Shown piece after piece: positions 51,001 to 64,000 of a DNA stretch of 64,000 nucleotides. The position numbers were made by a program, and so were the translations under genes. How positions within the stretch are numbered: position 1 is the first letter of the stretch; every line of letters begins with the position of its first letter. Source of the DNA: Felis catus (taxonomy: Eukaryota); contig NC_058368.1 in assembly GCF_018350175.1 (NCBI RefSeq), forward strand, positions 59,026,001 through 59,090,000, given 5' to 3'. The notes beneath the pieces were generated by a model that had not been told where the DNA came from, ran no database searches, and saw only the letters and a program-made list of their open reading frames with translations.

Positions 51001-52534
51001 AGATGATAATACATGAATAAATGCCAAGTCTTTTTTTTAGGTGCTTTTATACACTTGGGAACAAAATTTCAGCTCTTTTTTAAAAGTTGCAAATGTTGGG
51101 AGACAAAAATAGTGCCCTTGAGCATAAATGATAGACAGCTGGCTGATAATGTGATGATGAATCATTTGACATTCTTTTTAGTTTCTTTCTTCAGAACTCT
51201 TAATAAGAACGTGTACCATTAATCAGCAGCAAGGAGTCCTGCATAGTTTGTGGGTGGATCTCAGAAGAAGTAGCCAAAAAAATGTTGTCTGATTATTCAA
51301 ATAATAATATTGCCAATCTACCAAAGTTTCATGTAGAGAGTTAAAATTTTTGATACAGAGATGCAATTAAGAACAATATACTATAGTTTTCTATGTTCTC
51401 TCTATAAAATGTAATTGTATGACAGGAGGATATTTCCTACCCATTGCTTGGAATCATTTCTCCCAATGCTTCCTCACAAAATAGGCTTCTGTTTGCCTGC
51501 GGGATTTAAGCTTCAAGACCACTACATGTGTTTTCCCAGCAGTAGCTTTTCATTGCAAGCAGAGCCATCAGGTGTGAGCTGAGCTAACAACCCCATGCTG
51601 AAAGGCTTCTTCATTGCTGGGACAGCTCTCAGGATATGGATTTTTTGAAGGTTGTCAAAACAGGGTGAACTCTGAAGATATTTCTACAATACAAGAATGG
51701 GCCTGCTTACCAAAATAGAAATGCTTATATTTGTCAACTCACATTATCATTTTTATGCAAAAATATTTCATGAGGAGTATAATCTCCTGAATTCTACCCT
51801 TTGGAAATGAAAGCAGGTTTCATATAACATGCTGACTTACATAACATATTTATTCCCTATTGTAGCATGCTTATAAACTTTGTTTAAATACTAAATAACT
51901 CACCCCTTTTTAACCACCCCTTTGAGCCTCTGCTTCCTTATTCAAATTTGTGAATTTATTTTTTTAATTATGATCTTTAACACTATATTATCCTAATGTA
52001 ACTATATTTCATTTCATATTTCAAGTTTAGAGAATATTTTATAATTCATAATGTCCAAGAATTAAAAGCTTTTCCTGATACAAAATTCCATATAAGACAT
52101 GCACATTTTGAGTTATAGATAGCAAACTTAGAAATGTAACAACTGACTGCAGTATTTAGAGTGGTATATCTCTACTTTGAAATGGAGGGACATCTGTTAG
52201 GATGGGTCTCTGTCAGGATTTGTACTGTTATGTGTATAGGACACCCCAGACAAAATCTCTCTGATCATAAGCAGAGCTATAATACTTCCTCCAAGTGGTG
52301 CAGATATTAAATAATGTTCAGGAGTCCTGCCTAAAAATGAAGATATTTTATACAAATGGAATTAAGTGTTTGATGCAAATTAGACTGCTATGAAAATAGA
52401 ACACAAAGTTCATGTTTGTAAAATTAAACTGTGATATAATTTTTACATTTTTTTGCTCTAATTAAGATAATATGTTCTGTGAATGATTTTATGTTTTTAA
52501 GAAATATTCTTAATATATGTTATTATTATGTCTT

Positions 52535-52738
52535 TAATTTTTTTAAAGTTTATTTACTTATTTTGAGAGAGACAAAGAGCGTGCAAGAGGGGAGGGTCAG
52601 AAAAAGAGGGAGAATCTCAATCTGACTCCGCGCTGTCAGTGTAGAGCCCATGCAGAGTTTGAATTTCCCAGACTGCGAGATGACCTGAGCCTAAATTAAG
52701 AGTTGGACGCTTAACCAACTGAGTCACCCAGGTGCCCC
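52535..52738 (-). mobile_element. CAN-SINE
   Basis: gacctgagcctaaattaagagttggacgcttaaccaactgagtcacccaggtgcccc. Confidence 0.94.
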
Positions 52739-54555
52739 TATTATTTCTTTTTTTTAAACATGGTATGATTAATAAGCAGCAATTACATCATTGTCAAATT
52801 CCTGATTTGAAAGGAGTATAATAAGAAAATAGATTACCTTGGAATCCATTCTTTGAGTTCACTTACTGTGAGTTTGTATGTCTGTGTTTCAATGTCATAT
52901 TAATAGATAGCTATCAAATATCTATTATAGTAGTAAGAAAAATACATTAACTTTATCAGTGCAATTAAAACATTTGGAAGACTATTGAGGTAGCTCACAG
53001 TTAGGAGCAACAATATGACTTTTTCAGTAATCCAATTGAAAGATGATTGCTCTTGAATCATGAATAATAGAGATGAGTAAAATGGGCAAATGGGCATTTA
53101 AAATTAAAACTAAAGAGATGTCATAATTGATAGAGTGTAAATAATGAGAAGTAGAGTCATACACACAGAAGATTGAGCAACTGGGTAGAAGTAAATTCAT
53201 TCACAGTCCTATGATACGTGCTTTGGAAGAACAAATTTCAGATCCAAGATTTGGACATCAATAGCGGAACTATTTTATGTAAACCACATTGATATAAACC
53301 ATCAAGATATAAACCACAATTTATCTTAGGGGAGATAGTTGATAAGAAACTAATTAATATATGATTTTAAAATCTTCTTGCATCAATTGTAGTAGAGATA
53401 TCAACTTGACAACTTGTTAGCATAAAGATTGTAAATAAAGCCATGGGAATTAAGAAGATTGAAGGTGAGTGTATAGAAGAAAAGGAAGCTTAGGAAAAAC
53501 ATTAAGATTTCTAAGAGGACAGAAGAGGAGAAACTAAATGCAGAATAAAGTAATTAAAACTTCCAGATGAATGCAATGAATATATTTACACAGAAATTTG
53601 GTAGAAAATATTTCAGAAGAGGGAGATCAATGTAACACTCTCCTACAGAACAGATACGAAGACTTAAAAATCTTTGCTAGATTTTACTGCCAAAAGTTCA
53701 TTGAAATTTGAGTGGGGGGGGGTGTACATATGGAAGGTTGAATAGTAAATAAAAGGCACAGAATCGGGGCTTATGTGTACAGGCATTTCTTTCTGAAAGT
53801 TTGTGAAAGGGAAATATCAGAAATAACAGATGCTATAGGGAGATTAAAGTCAAAATAAGATGTTATGTAAATTGCTTAGAAGATTATGTCATTTAGATTA
53901 AATTATGGTTGTGAAAGAGATTGACTTAGGATATTCATTAGAAAGGGGAGAATAAATAAAGAACAGATCCTGAAGGGATGAAATGAGAAGTGATACCAAG
54001 CCTAGGAGAAGAGACTAAGTATAAAACTAAGAAACACCTATGTTGTTATAGAAAGGAGGAAGGAAGGGGTGGGTATCCATAGAAACTGAGATGTGTTTGA
54101 TTGTAGAGACAATTAGAAGTTTAATTCTAGTGTGTATTTAGTTCCACAGGAAGTAAAAGACACTGCTATCTCTTGAGAATTATTGGGTTCCTGACAAAAA
54201 TCTTAGTTTTGAATATAATGAGGAATATTTGAAATAATAGTTGTATATAAATAGAAAAAAATTGACTGTAAGAATTATACAAGTGGAGCTATAACTTTGA
54301 CAAATATCTGCTGATGCCCTGCATACTAAGTGCTACATAAGTGCCCAAAGTGATACACAACATAGGTGGAAAAGTCTCTGAACTTCATAACTACATAATT
54401 TGAGTCCAAAGAGGAACTTAAATGGAGAACAGGCACTGTGATCCAAGAATTTAAAAATCATTTGGTTGGAAAGAAGAAAATGGATCACTGAGTACATTGG
54501 AAAGTCTGTAACTTTGAGTGGTAGAAGATATAGGATATTTAACTAGGGGATTCTG

Positions 54556-54562
54556 GAAAGAC

Positions 54563-54599
<37 letters not shown>

Positions 54600-54834
54600 G
54601 GAAGGAAGGAAGGAAGGAAGGAAGGAAGGAAGGAAGGAAGGAAGGAAGGAAGGAAGGAAGGAAGGAAGGAAAAGAACAAAGAAAAGAAAGAAAAAGAAAG
54701 AAAAAGAAAAGAGAAATAAGGAAAAAGGAAGGAAGGAAGAAAAGAAAGAAAGAGAGGGTGGAAGGGAGAGAGAAAGAAAGAAAGAAGACAAGGGAAGGGA
54801 AGGGAAGAGGAAAAAAGGAAAGGGAGAAAAAAAG
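54556..54834. repeat. Polypurine tract: (GA)n, perfect (GGAA)18, then degenerate GA-rich sequence
   Basis: GGAA units at 54600-54671; almost no pyrimidines on the + strand over ~280 bp. Confidence 0.97.
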
Positions 54835-55227
54835 TGTGTGAATTACCAGAGGTAAGAATAAAAGCCTGATGTAAGAATAAAAACAGAGGGAAGACAGGAG
54901 GAAACAAAACTATATGCGTATGTGCATGTGTTGGGAGACACTGTTAAGACTTACAGCTGAAGATGTAAATAAATAAATGTATTTGCAAATTGTTTTAACA
55001 GTTTGGAACAACATAAAATCAATAAGAAACCAGAATTACGGGATAATGTAGTAAGGGAAGTTATTAAATTTGATTAAATTCATCAGACTTACTTGGATGA
55101 AATGATTTAAGTACAAGGAACTAAAAGGTAAAAAGACAGATTGGCACTTTGTAGTACTCCAGGTGACAGATGCTGGGAGCCTAAATTTGGGAAATGTACA
55201 CATGGGAAAAATAGATTTTTGAGGTGT

Positions 55228-55422
55228 TTTTTAAAATGTTTTATTTATTTATTTTGAGAGAGAGAGAGAGAGAGCAGCAGAAGGGCAGAGAGAATCTCAA
55301 ACAGGCTCCGCTCTGTGAGCACAGAGCCTGACATGGGGGGTCAGTCCCATGAACCATGAGATCATGACCTGCGTGGAGATCAAGAGTCTGGTGCTCAAGC
55401 AGCTGAGCCATCCAGGTGCCCC
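55228..55422 (-). mobile_element. CAN-SINE inserted in an L2-like relic (~55100-55620)
   Basis: TSD core tttgaggtg on both sides; flanks contain L2-like gagtcaagttttggacacatgg. Confidence 0.93.
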
Positions 55423-56363
55423 ACAAATTTGAGGTGGACTTGGTGATGTATTGACTGGGGAGTACATAGTAAGGTGGCACTAAGGATGAATTTAATGACT
55501 TTTTGGAAACTGAGCTAAAGCTGGGACTTCTCACTAAATCAGATAGAACATGTTTTGGAAGGACACTATGAGTCAAGTTTTGGACACATGGATATTGATG
55601 TTCCAATTGGCCCTACAAAGTTATGCTACGTGATGGGGAGTTGGAATTATTATTTTCTTTTGGTGGAATTTTTTATTATTGTATTCTTTTTTAGTTTCTT
55701 TAAATTCTTCCTTAGGTTTACCTTTCTTAGGTTTTATCTTTGTTGTGGTTGTTATTCAAAATTATTGTATAGTCTATCTTTCCAATTCTGCCTATTGAGT
55801 TCAGATGACATATTGTTATTATTTTTCTATTCAAGAACATCCTTTAGTTCTATATCAATTTTTGTTCTTTTGGGCAGAAACTATTTACCTATGTGTCATC
55901 TATCATTTGTATTGTTATGTTTTATAAATTATGTTTTTAACTGGGTACAAAATCCCACATTACACTATTTTTTCTTTAGAATTTTAAATATGTTATTCTA
56001 TTTTATGATAAAAAGTTACCTGTCAGTCACATTAAATGGAAAGTATCTTCAGGGTAGTATGTGTTTGCCCCAGGTATTTAATTTTTGTTTTTTATTTGAG
56101 AATCTGTGATATCACTATTCTAGTCAAGTTTTTTCTTTTTCATGATACTCCTTTACTCTTTCTGAAAATTTTCAATCCATTGATTTATGTATTTTTTATT
56201 TTTATTTTTTTAATTTATAAAGATGTACGTATTAAAAATCTCTAAAATACTCTTAAAAGAATTTCAAATAATGCATCTCCAATATTTTATACTGTTTTTC
56301 TGGAATTCTTACAAGGTATATTTTGAAATTTATCATTATAATTTCAATATTTTATAATTTCTT

Positions 56364-56385
56364 TTTTTAATGTTTGTTTACTTAT

Positions 56386-56430
<45 letters not shown>

Positions 56431-56603
56431 ACATGTATGTACAAGCAGAGGAGAGACAGGGTGAGGGAGATTGAGAATCCCAAGTAGGCTCCGTTCTGGC
56501 AGCACAGAACCTGACACAGGGCTGCATCCCACAAACTTTGAGATTATGACCTGAGCCAAAATCAAGAGTCAGACACTTAAGCGACTGAGCCATCCAGGTG
56601 CCC
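56364..56603 (-). mobile_element. CAN-SINE
   Basis: Perfect 18-bp TSD aatattttataatttctt at 56346-56363 and 56605-56622. Confidence 0.97.
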
Positions 56604-56789
56604 TAATATTTTATAATTTCTTAATCACATTCCTTACCCCTTTACTTCACTGTTGCTATTCTTAGTTCTCTCTGCTGTTTGGTCTACTTAGAGTTTCATT
56701 TTTCTACTGATATCTTTATTTCAATATCACAATTATGTTTATTTACGTATTTCTATTTTTTCTAGCCTCTAACAGAAGTACTTTCATTG

Positions 56790-56900
56790 TTTTTTTTATA
56801 TTTTACTTTTAAGTTACCTCTATACCCAACATGGGGCTCGAACTTACAGTCCCAAGAACAAGAGTTGTATGTTCTACCGACTGAGCCAACCAGGCACCCC
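56790..56900 (-). mobile_element. Short tRNA-like CAN-SINE lacking the CT tract (SINEC_old-like)
   Basis: Reverse complement ggggtgcctggttggctcagtcggtagaacatacaactcttg...gtaagttcgagccccatgttggg, with Pol III A and B boxes and an A-rich tail. Confidence 0.85.
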
Positions 56901-59249
56901 TACTCTACTATTTCTAATAATGATTTGATTGTACTTACCTTTTTAGTTTGCATACAACTTTGTTAACATTTCTTTGATCATCTTTTTTTTATTATCACAA
57001 TCATTTTCTCATGTATGTGAATGTATTTTCTCATGTATGTTGAAATACGTGTTTCTTTGAATTTTATAGACAGACAAAAGTGATGTGCTATGTTATTCTA
57101 TTTACTTTTGAAAACTATATGGGTTTTCTTTTTTCCACCTGTAATAGTTCTTTCAAATGTAACAAAATGGTATTTCCTCATTTTTTTCCCCCTTTAGGTC
57201 ACTCACTCATTTTGTAAAGAAAAAAAAAAAGAAAAGAAAATAGATACCTCCTGATCAGCCTCTTGCCTGATAACATCTTTTACCATCTAACGTATTGCTA
57301 TAGATTTCTACTGTGAAGTCTTGGTGTAGAGGGCTCATTAAATTATACAGACTTTGCTGATATCTAATATTATTATAAATAATGCATATAATATTCCAAA
57401 TTTCAGACTATCTCATCTACACAATATCAGAAGATGGTGAACTTGCTACTTGGTGATTTTGAATTCAGCATACAACATTCAGTCCCATCCATTCACTCCA
57501 TATCAAAATTGTACCTCTTGAAAGTATAATTTTAGAATGGATATACAAAAGGATATCAGTGGTAACATCTTGGATAAATTAGGAGAAAAGTAATCAAACT
57601 TATCTAGAATAGTGAAAACTTCACCCATATTTAGTTGGATATTCATAGTGGTGGGTGGATGGGCATATTATATTTTCTTCTATTATGGCTGAACTTCTTA
57701 CCCAACATTTTTATGTGCATTTTATCACTTTATTATTATCAGTTTTATTATTGCTCAGATTACTGAGCAAAACACCTTATTTCAAAAGTTGTTAAATATT
57801 GTGTTACTGTCTTTATTTTCTAAATATTTAGGTGTTGGCAGATGAACCCTGATTTGGTTTTCTAGTAATATAATTTCAAAATCATATATCATATAGTTTC
57901 TTTTGATTATGCTTGTGCCATATATTAGTTTGTTGTAATATTGTTATATATTTTTAATAGGAATCTCATTTGTAACAATAATTCCTTCTTAAAGCCCATA
58001 TTGCTTATTGCCTTTCCTAGGCTGTACTATGGGAGCTGCAAAAGTGTTCTTCAGAAAATGAGATTTTGATATATCTGCAAATTACATTAGATTCATTTCT
58101 TGTAAAGGACAGCCACGAATACCTGAATAGATTATTACTTGGTTCATTTGTGTCTTCTAAACACACACACGAGAAGTTTTAATGTTCCCATTGAAGATAG
58201 ATTATTTTCTCCAAAGTAACATCTTTACAATTACTATGACTTTTAGTTCTTAAACCAGGAAATTGAAGTTACCTAGCTGAACAAAATTAAGGCATTTTCT
58301 TTATAATTGTTATGCCTTACATTATTTCAAATAGAAAAATAAAATTTAAATACAAATATTATTTAAATATACAACTAAAGAAAACATGTAATTCTACTAA
58401 ATCTCTCTTTGTAGTTGTTTTTAACAAACTTTATGTCATTTCACTTAAACTACAATTCCTATGGATATACCTCAGAACATAGTGATTAGAGAAGAGATCA
58501 TAGAAACATCAAGAGAATGATGCAGGTATAGAGTGAAAGATTTAGCTACAGAAGCTTTTGTGACAATCCACTAAATCTTTGTTCAAAGACTTGAGCTTCT
58601 GCTCAAGAGTTATTTTCTATTTAAAGGCTATAGTCACCAAGGGAACCCAAAATCTGGCACTAAAAGAAAGCTGTTCTATGATGTGTTTACAGCCAGACTG
58701 TTGTTAGCAGACACTTTGTCTACTAGAATAAATAGTTTCTTTCAGCTCTAAAACAGTTACTTCCATAAGCTATATCTAATTTGTTGTTTTCTTTATCTTT
58801 TTCTTTTTGGTAGACATACATATTTAGTACACTTTTTCTCTGTACTTATTACTGGGGTCTCCCTTCTTTATTCCAGCATCCATGCACATCAATGTGCCCA
58901 ATACCCTCTTAGCACATGTTAACTAAGATTACTTTTGTTCGTTCTCTTCATTTTGCTTTTGTCTACTCTTATATAGGGAACTGCTTGTCATCATTAGCCT
59001 TATTAATTGCCTTATTAACTTGCACAGTTCTGGTGCACATTTTTCTGAATTGATCATTCAAATCTAGGTTTAATTTTTAATTAAATTGATTACAGTCCAA
59101 CTTGTTTTCAATAGTTTTATAAATACATTAACCAATGCATAGTTAGTTGCATTGTTTTATAATGTTTAATAATGTTGCATTGTTTTATAATGTATAATAG
59201 TTGCAATAGTTTTATAAATACATTGACCAATGCATAGTTAGTTAGTTAC

Positions 59250-59720
59250 TTAGTTAGTTAGTTGCTATTGCAAAGTATGTGGCAGTAAACATCTTTGAAC
59301 TTCTTATGCACAAGTGCATTTTTTACTCTAAGGAATGGATTCATAGAAATAGAATTGTTGGAACAGAGTCTAAGTATATTTTTAATTTTTGTAAAGGTTG
59401 CCAGATGGCTTTCTAAGATTTTTTTTTAACAATTTGTATTTCTACCAGCAATGTAGGAGAGTACTTTTTGCCTTCATTCTAGCCGACAATAGATATTATC
59501 ACTCATTTTAATCTTGTCAGTCTGATTTTTGTACTATGATATCTCATGTTTACTTTAGCTTGCCTTTTGTCTACTAGCAATACATTTCAGCATCTTTTTG
59601 TAAGGATGCTGGTCATTTGAATTTGCTGTAACGTGACTTGTATTTTCACACTCCTGCTTATATTTCTAGTAGGGATTCTGTCCTGCTCTTGTGACACACT
59701 GTTTTTGTATTGCATATGTT
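59250..59720 (-). mobile_element. Ancient L1ME-like ORF2 3' fragment
   Basis: tagaaatagaattgttgg...aatttgtatttctaccagcaatgtaggagagt. Confidence 0.7.
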
Positions 59721-60029
59721 TTTCTTACATTATACTTTCTGTTAATTTTATTTAGTTATTATCGTGATTTTTTCTTTAACAAAAGTGAAAGTATGCATTT
59801 TAATTTATGTCAATTATATTTTATCAGTTAAGACTGTATTTCCTTCCTTAAGATTGTACAGGCATGCTCAGGATTTTTTTTTTTTTTTTTGCAGGCTTTT
59901 CATTGTTTTGTTTTTTAAATACCTGTAGTTTGCTTTTGTGTTCTGATAGATGTCCACGTATATATCACCAATTTTTTAAAAAAAATGGCTTCACTCTCCT
60001 TGCACTGCTTGCAATTGGTATTACTTCTT

Positions 60030-61770
60030 CAACATTTGGTAGAATTCTTTGTTTCTGAAGATAATATTTTGCGCGATATTTTTAATCACAAATTTAATTT
60101 CCCTAATAGTTATAGGGCTTTTCCAAATAGACATTTCATACTGAGAGACTTGCAGTATTTACTTATCTTAGAACTGATGCCTTTTAACTTAATTGTCAAA
60201 GTTATTATGTATATGGAATTGTTTGTAGCATTGGCTTTTTATCCTTTTCATGTCTATACAGTCTATAATGATATCCCCTATTTTATTCTTCACATGAGTA
60301 GTTTTTCTCTTTTCTTTGTTAGTTTTCTTAGATATTTGTCAGCTTTGTTGACTTTTTCAGCAGACCAACTTTCTGTTTCATACCTTCTGGGTTTTTTTTT
60401 TTTTTTTTTGTTACCAATTTCATCTATTCTTTTGTCTTTATTACATTCTTCATTCTATTTGCCTTACATCTACTTTGTTCTTTTTTCCCCTCTTTTCCTC
60501 GGTGGGAATTTGTACTGTTGATTTAAATTTTTTCCTAATGTAAGCATTCCATGATAAAAATTTCCCTCTCAACACTGCTTTAGCTATAACCCATAGCTTT
60601 GGATATTTTTATATTTATTTTCATTCAGCTCAGTATCTTCTTTAATTTCATTAAAACTTATTCTTTGACCAATAGATTATTAAGACATTTGCATTTTTTT
60701 CTATTACTGATTTCTACTTGGCAGTTATAAATGAGTGCTAAAAACATTCTTGTTGAGGTTGTATACACATAAATTTTCAACTCATTTGTGTAAATACCCA
60801 GGAACATGATTTCTGGATCATATTGTGTGACTTATGCTCAGCTTTGTAAGAAAATGTCAAACTCTCTTCCAAAGTGCCTGTACATTTTTTCATTCCCACC
60901 AGACATCTATCAGAGTCTTTATTGTTTCATACCCTCATCAATATTTGATGTTGCTAGTGTTTTGAAATACAGCCATTTTGATAGGTGTATACTGGTGTCT
61001 CATTTCACTTTGCAAGTCCTTAATGACATACAATATTGAACATCTTTTTAATGGGCTTATCTGGAATCTATTTATCTTTCTTGTTGTGTCATTCAGATAT
61101 TTTGCCCACTTTTAAATTGGGTTGTTTCTTTTCTTACTGTAAGTTGTAAGAGTTCTTTATGTCTTTTTGAGCACCAGTATTTTATTAGACATGAGATTTC
61201 AAGTATCTTCCACCAGGCTATGTGTTTTGTTTTGTTTTGTTTTCTGGACTATGTCTGTTGGAAATAAAAATATTTTTATTTTAATGAGGTTCAACAAACT
61301 AATTTTTTCTTTCATAGATCATGTCTTTTGTGTTTTATCTAGACTCATCATCATATCTAAGGTCATCTAGATTTTCTCTGACGTTATACTCTACTGTTTT
61401 TATAGTTTTGTGCTTTTAAAATTAGTTGCAAATTGTATAAAACATACAAACTTTGCATCAGTTTTAATTTTTGCCTTTGCCAAATTGTTCCAGCACCATT
61501 TGATGAAAAGCCTGTTTTGTTGTTTTTTTTTCTCCATTAGGCTGCCTTTACTCCTTTCTCAGAGATCAGTTTATTATATTTCCAAGTGTCTATTTCTGAC
61601 TGCCTTTTCTGTTCTATTCATCTATTTGGCTGTTTTTCTGCCCAGACTACACTGCCTACATCACTGCAGCTTGAAGTGGTGTCAGTCTTCCAATTTTGAT
61701 TTTTTTCTAGTTATCTTGCCTTTCGTATGTTAAAATAAGTGTATTGTTATCTACAAAGTAACTTGCTCAC
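60030..61770 (-). mobile_element. Ancient L1M(C/D) ORF2 fragments
   Basis: aatttccctctcaacactgctttagcta; ttttcattcccaccaga; ttgttccagcaccatttgatgaaaag. Confidence 0.78.
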
Positions 61771-62150
61771 ATTTGGCTTACGTCTCCAGTGTCCATCCTG
61801 AGAACCTGGTATGGCACTTGGAGGTAAAACTCACAAAGCCCACCTCTGAATTTTTATCTTTCCAACTAATCTACACTGAATTTGACACCTCATCAATTCC
61901 AGCTTCAAGTGTACCTGGAGCACCAGCACTACCTTCTGCTCCACATAAACTGTGATTCCCTGTATCTGCCTGTCTCTCCAGTTTTTAGGGCAGCACTTTA
62001 CCCTGTGATTTTAACTATCTGATGGATTTAAGAACAGTTGTTTATTTCCACTTTTGTGAAATTTCTTTCTTGTATTTTTTCTTGTTGTTGTAAGGATGGG
62101 AGCGATGGCTTCCAAGCTCCTTACCTGTCAGAATGGAATTTGGAAGTCCC
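61770..62150 (-). mobile_element. L1MC/MD-type 5' end
   Basis: ttcttgttgttgtaaggatgggagcgatggcttccaagctccttacctgtcagaatggaatttggaagtc resembles the recalled L1MD 5' end. Confidence 0.62.
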
Positions 62151-62527
62151 ATATGACTATGTTTAGTTTATTTTATATTAAAAAATCCTCCTATTTCATA
62201 ATATATATTTTACAATTATAGTTTGTAAATTAAATTAGTTTATGGTATAAAATACTTTATTTTTAATTTAATACTGCTCCTCAGTTCATTTTTTCTTCAT
62301 TATTTTCAATATAGTTTTATTCTCTTGGAAAATGCTCAGTCACACAAATAATTTTATGTTTTTAATCACGTATTTATTAATTTGTTTTGTAGTCCATTCA
62401 TAAATTATTGTAAAATGCTTAACGGAAACATCCTTAGTATTGCATGTCTCTAAAAGATGCATTATAAATAATTTTTAAAATGTAACCATTAGCTGTATAA
62501 AAATGTAATATATGGTATCATCTGAAT

Positions 62528-62750
62528 CAGGAGTTTACAAGCTATAGCCCATGAAAATCAAACCTGGCCCACCTCTTGTTTCTATAAATCAAATGGTATT
62601 GAAATACAGCCACTTCATTTATTCATATATTATCTCTGGCTGCTTCCACATCATGGCATCACAGTTGAATGTTGTGACAAAAGCTATATGTCCCAAAAAG
62701 CTTAAATTATTTGCTATTGTTCCTTTATAGATAAAGTTTGCTGACCCCTG
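62528..62750. mobile_element. MER58A-like non-autonomous hAT-Charlie DNA transposon
   Basis: Degenerate TIRs caggagtttacaagct / agtttgctgacccctg; about 223 bp; 8-bp flanks atctgaat / atataaat. Confidence 0.88.
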
Positions 62751-62987
62751 ATATAAATCATAATAATCACTGATCATGGAAAGTTTTCAAAAAATTAATT
62801 TGGAAAAAAAGCACATTGTTTTAAACTGAAATGTCATTTCAGATTTTGTTAGAACAGCATTTCTCAAGTAGTTTTCAGTCTCCTTTAGAATGCTATTCTT
62901 GTGCACATTTGAAAAATACTATGTTAGAGCAAACTAGATACTGAAATCTCAAAGTATTACTAGTTTAAAAGTAAATATTTGTGTTAC

Positions 62988-63268
62988 TTATTTTATTGAG
63001 ATATAATTGGCATATATTATGCTTCATGTATACAACATAATGATTTATGTTTTTATATATTGTGAAATGAACACCACATTAGAGTTAGCATCTATCACAA
63101 TAAAAAGTTAGAAACATTTTTTTCTTGTGATAAGGATTTTTACAGCTTACTGTCTTAGTAACTTTCAAATATATAATAAAGTATTATTAACTATAATCAC
63201 CATACTGTATATGATATCCCTATGACTTAATTATTGTATAACTAGAAGTTTCTACCTTTTACCAACCA
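62988..63268 (-). mobile_element. L1MA8/9-like 3' UTR
   Basis: ttttattgagatataattg...tttcttgtgataagga...tattattaactataatcaccatactgta. Confidence 0.82.
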
Positions 63269-63509
63269 TAAAATAAATTTTATATAACATGAAAAAATTT
63301 ATAAATATTGTTGAAATTTTCAAAATATAAATATTTTATGTAATTGTCAACTATAGTTTCTTCACTCACTTATATCTGCCAGATTGCTAAAATGACTAAT
63401 CTGATGGCTTATAGTTTATATCACAGATGCTGTAATTTATTTTTTCTATGATGGCTATTTTCCCAGCTTTTTGGCACAATTGTGTTTGCAAAAGTAACTG
63501 GATTTTAGT

Positions 63510-63660
63510 GTGACAAATTTGCTAACAGCATACATTTCAAGTGTTACCACACACGCAATGGTAACCACCTGAAGTGGTGGACATGTAATTAGTTTGATTG
63601 TGGTAAGAATTTCATAATGTATAGGTGTATTAAAACAAGTACACCTTGTGTACACAAGCT
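63510..63660 (+). mobile_element. Old L1MA/MB 3' UTR fragment
   Basis: aaatttgctaa...aatggtaac...atgtaattagtttgattgtggtaa. Confidence 0.65.
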
Positions 63661-63979
63661 CACAATGCTATGTCATTCAGCTCACTTCATCTCATCATGT
63701 ATTTTATTTTCACATCATGACAAGAACAGTGAGTATAGTACAATAAGATATTTAGAAAAAGAGATCATATTCATATGTGTATTACAGTATATTGTTATAA
63801 TTGTATTTTATTATTAGTTATTGTTAATCTCTTATTGTGTATAATTTATAAATTAAACATTATCATAGCAGTATATGTATAGGAAAAAAGAATATATATG
63901 GTTTTACACTATCTGCAATATCAGGCATCCACTGGGGTCTTGGAAAGCATTCTCTGTGAATAAAAGGGGGAATACTCTA
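63661..63979 (+). mobile_element. MER44-like (Tigger7-derived) DNA transposon, right part
   Basis: gtgagtatagtacaataagatattt...attacagtatattgttataattg...caggcatccactggggtcttggaa...taaaagggggaatact. Confidence 0.85.
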
Positions 63980-64000
63980 TTTTCAAAACACCAAACAATT

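Noticed and set aside
54518..54907. Charged ERKEGRK and FLPS-repeat ORFs
   Set aside because: Translations of the (GGAA)n/(GA)n microsatellite
55555..56109. 184-aa hydrophobic ORF
   Set aside because: Non-ATG start; the F/L/I richness follows from T-rich decayed repeat sequence; no recognisable domain
56810..56900. tRNA-like sequence with A and B boxes
   Set aside because: It has the CAN-SINE GGGG(C/T)GCCTGG head and an A-rich tail, with poor acceptor-stem pairing; a SINE rather than a tRNA gene
59985..60521. 178-aa ORF resembling a membrane protein
   Set aside because: Antisense reading of a decayed L1M; compositional artefact

Overview
AT-rich, repeat-dense mammalian DNA, almost certainly from a felid (cat family), judged from about 23 tRNA-derived CAN-SINEs with the SINEC_Fc diagnostic sequence and carnivore L1s. 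I find no host protein-coding gene, RNA gene or CRISPR array. Every recognisable ORF in the track is an L1 ORF1/ORF2 remnant or a microsatellite/SINE artefact. The window holds: two large disrupted minus-strand L1s with different UTRs (14.4-21.1 kb, near full length; 27.65-32.77 kb, intact 5' terminus but internally deleted); one very young 5'-truncated plus-strand L1 with a probable short 3' transduction; a twin-primed 5'-inverted L1; older L1M, MaLR/ERVL solo LTRs, MER58A, MER44, MIR and L2 relics; and several microsatellites. I could not support a new biological system. The best observations are mechanistic scars of retrotransposition and repair (3' transduction, twin priming, fold-back templated inserts, a telomere-like insert, close inverted SINE pairs, a possibly chimeric L1) and a minus-strand bias that hints at an intron of a plus-strand gene. 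Repeat family names come from recalled consensus motifs, not from a database search.
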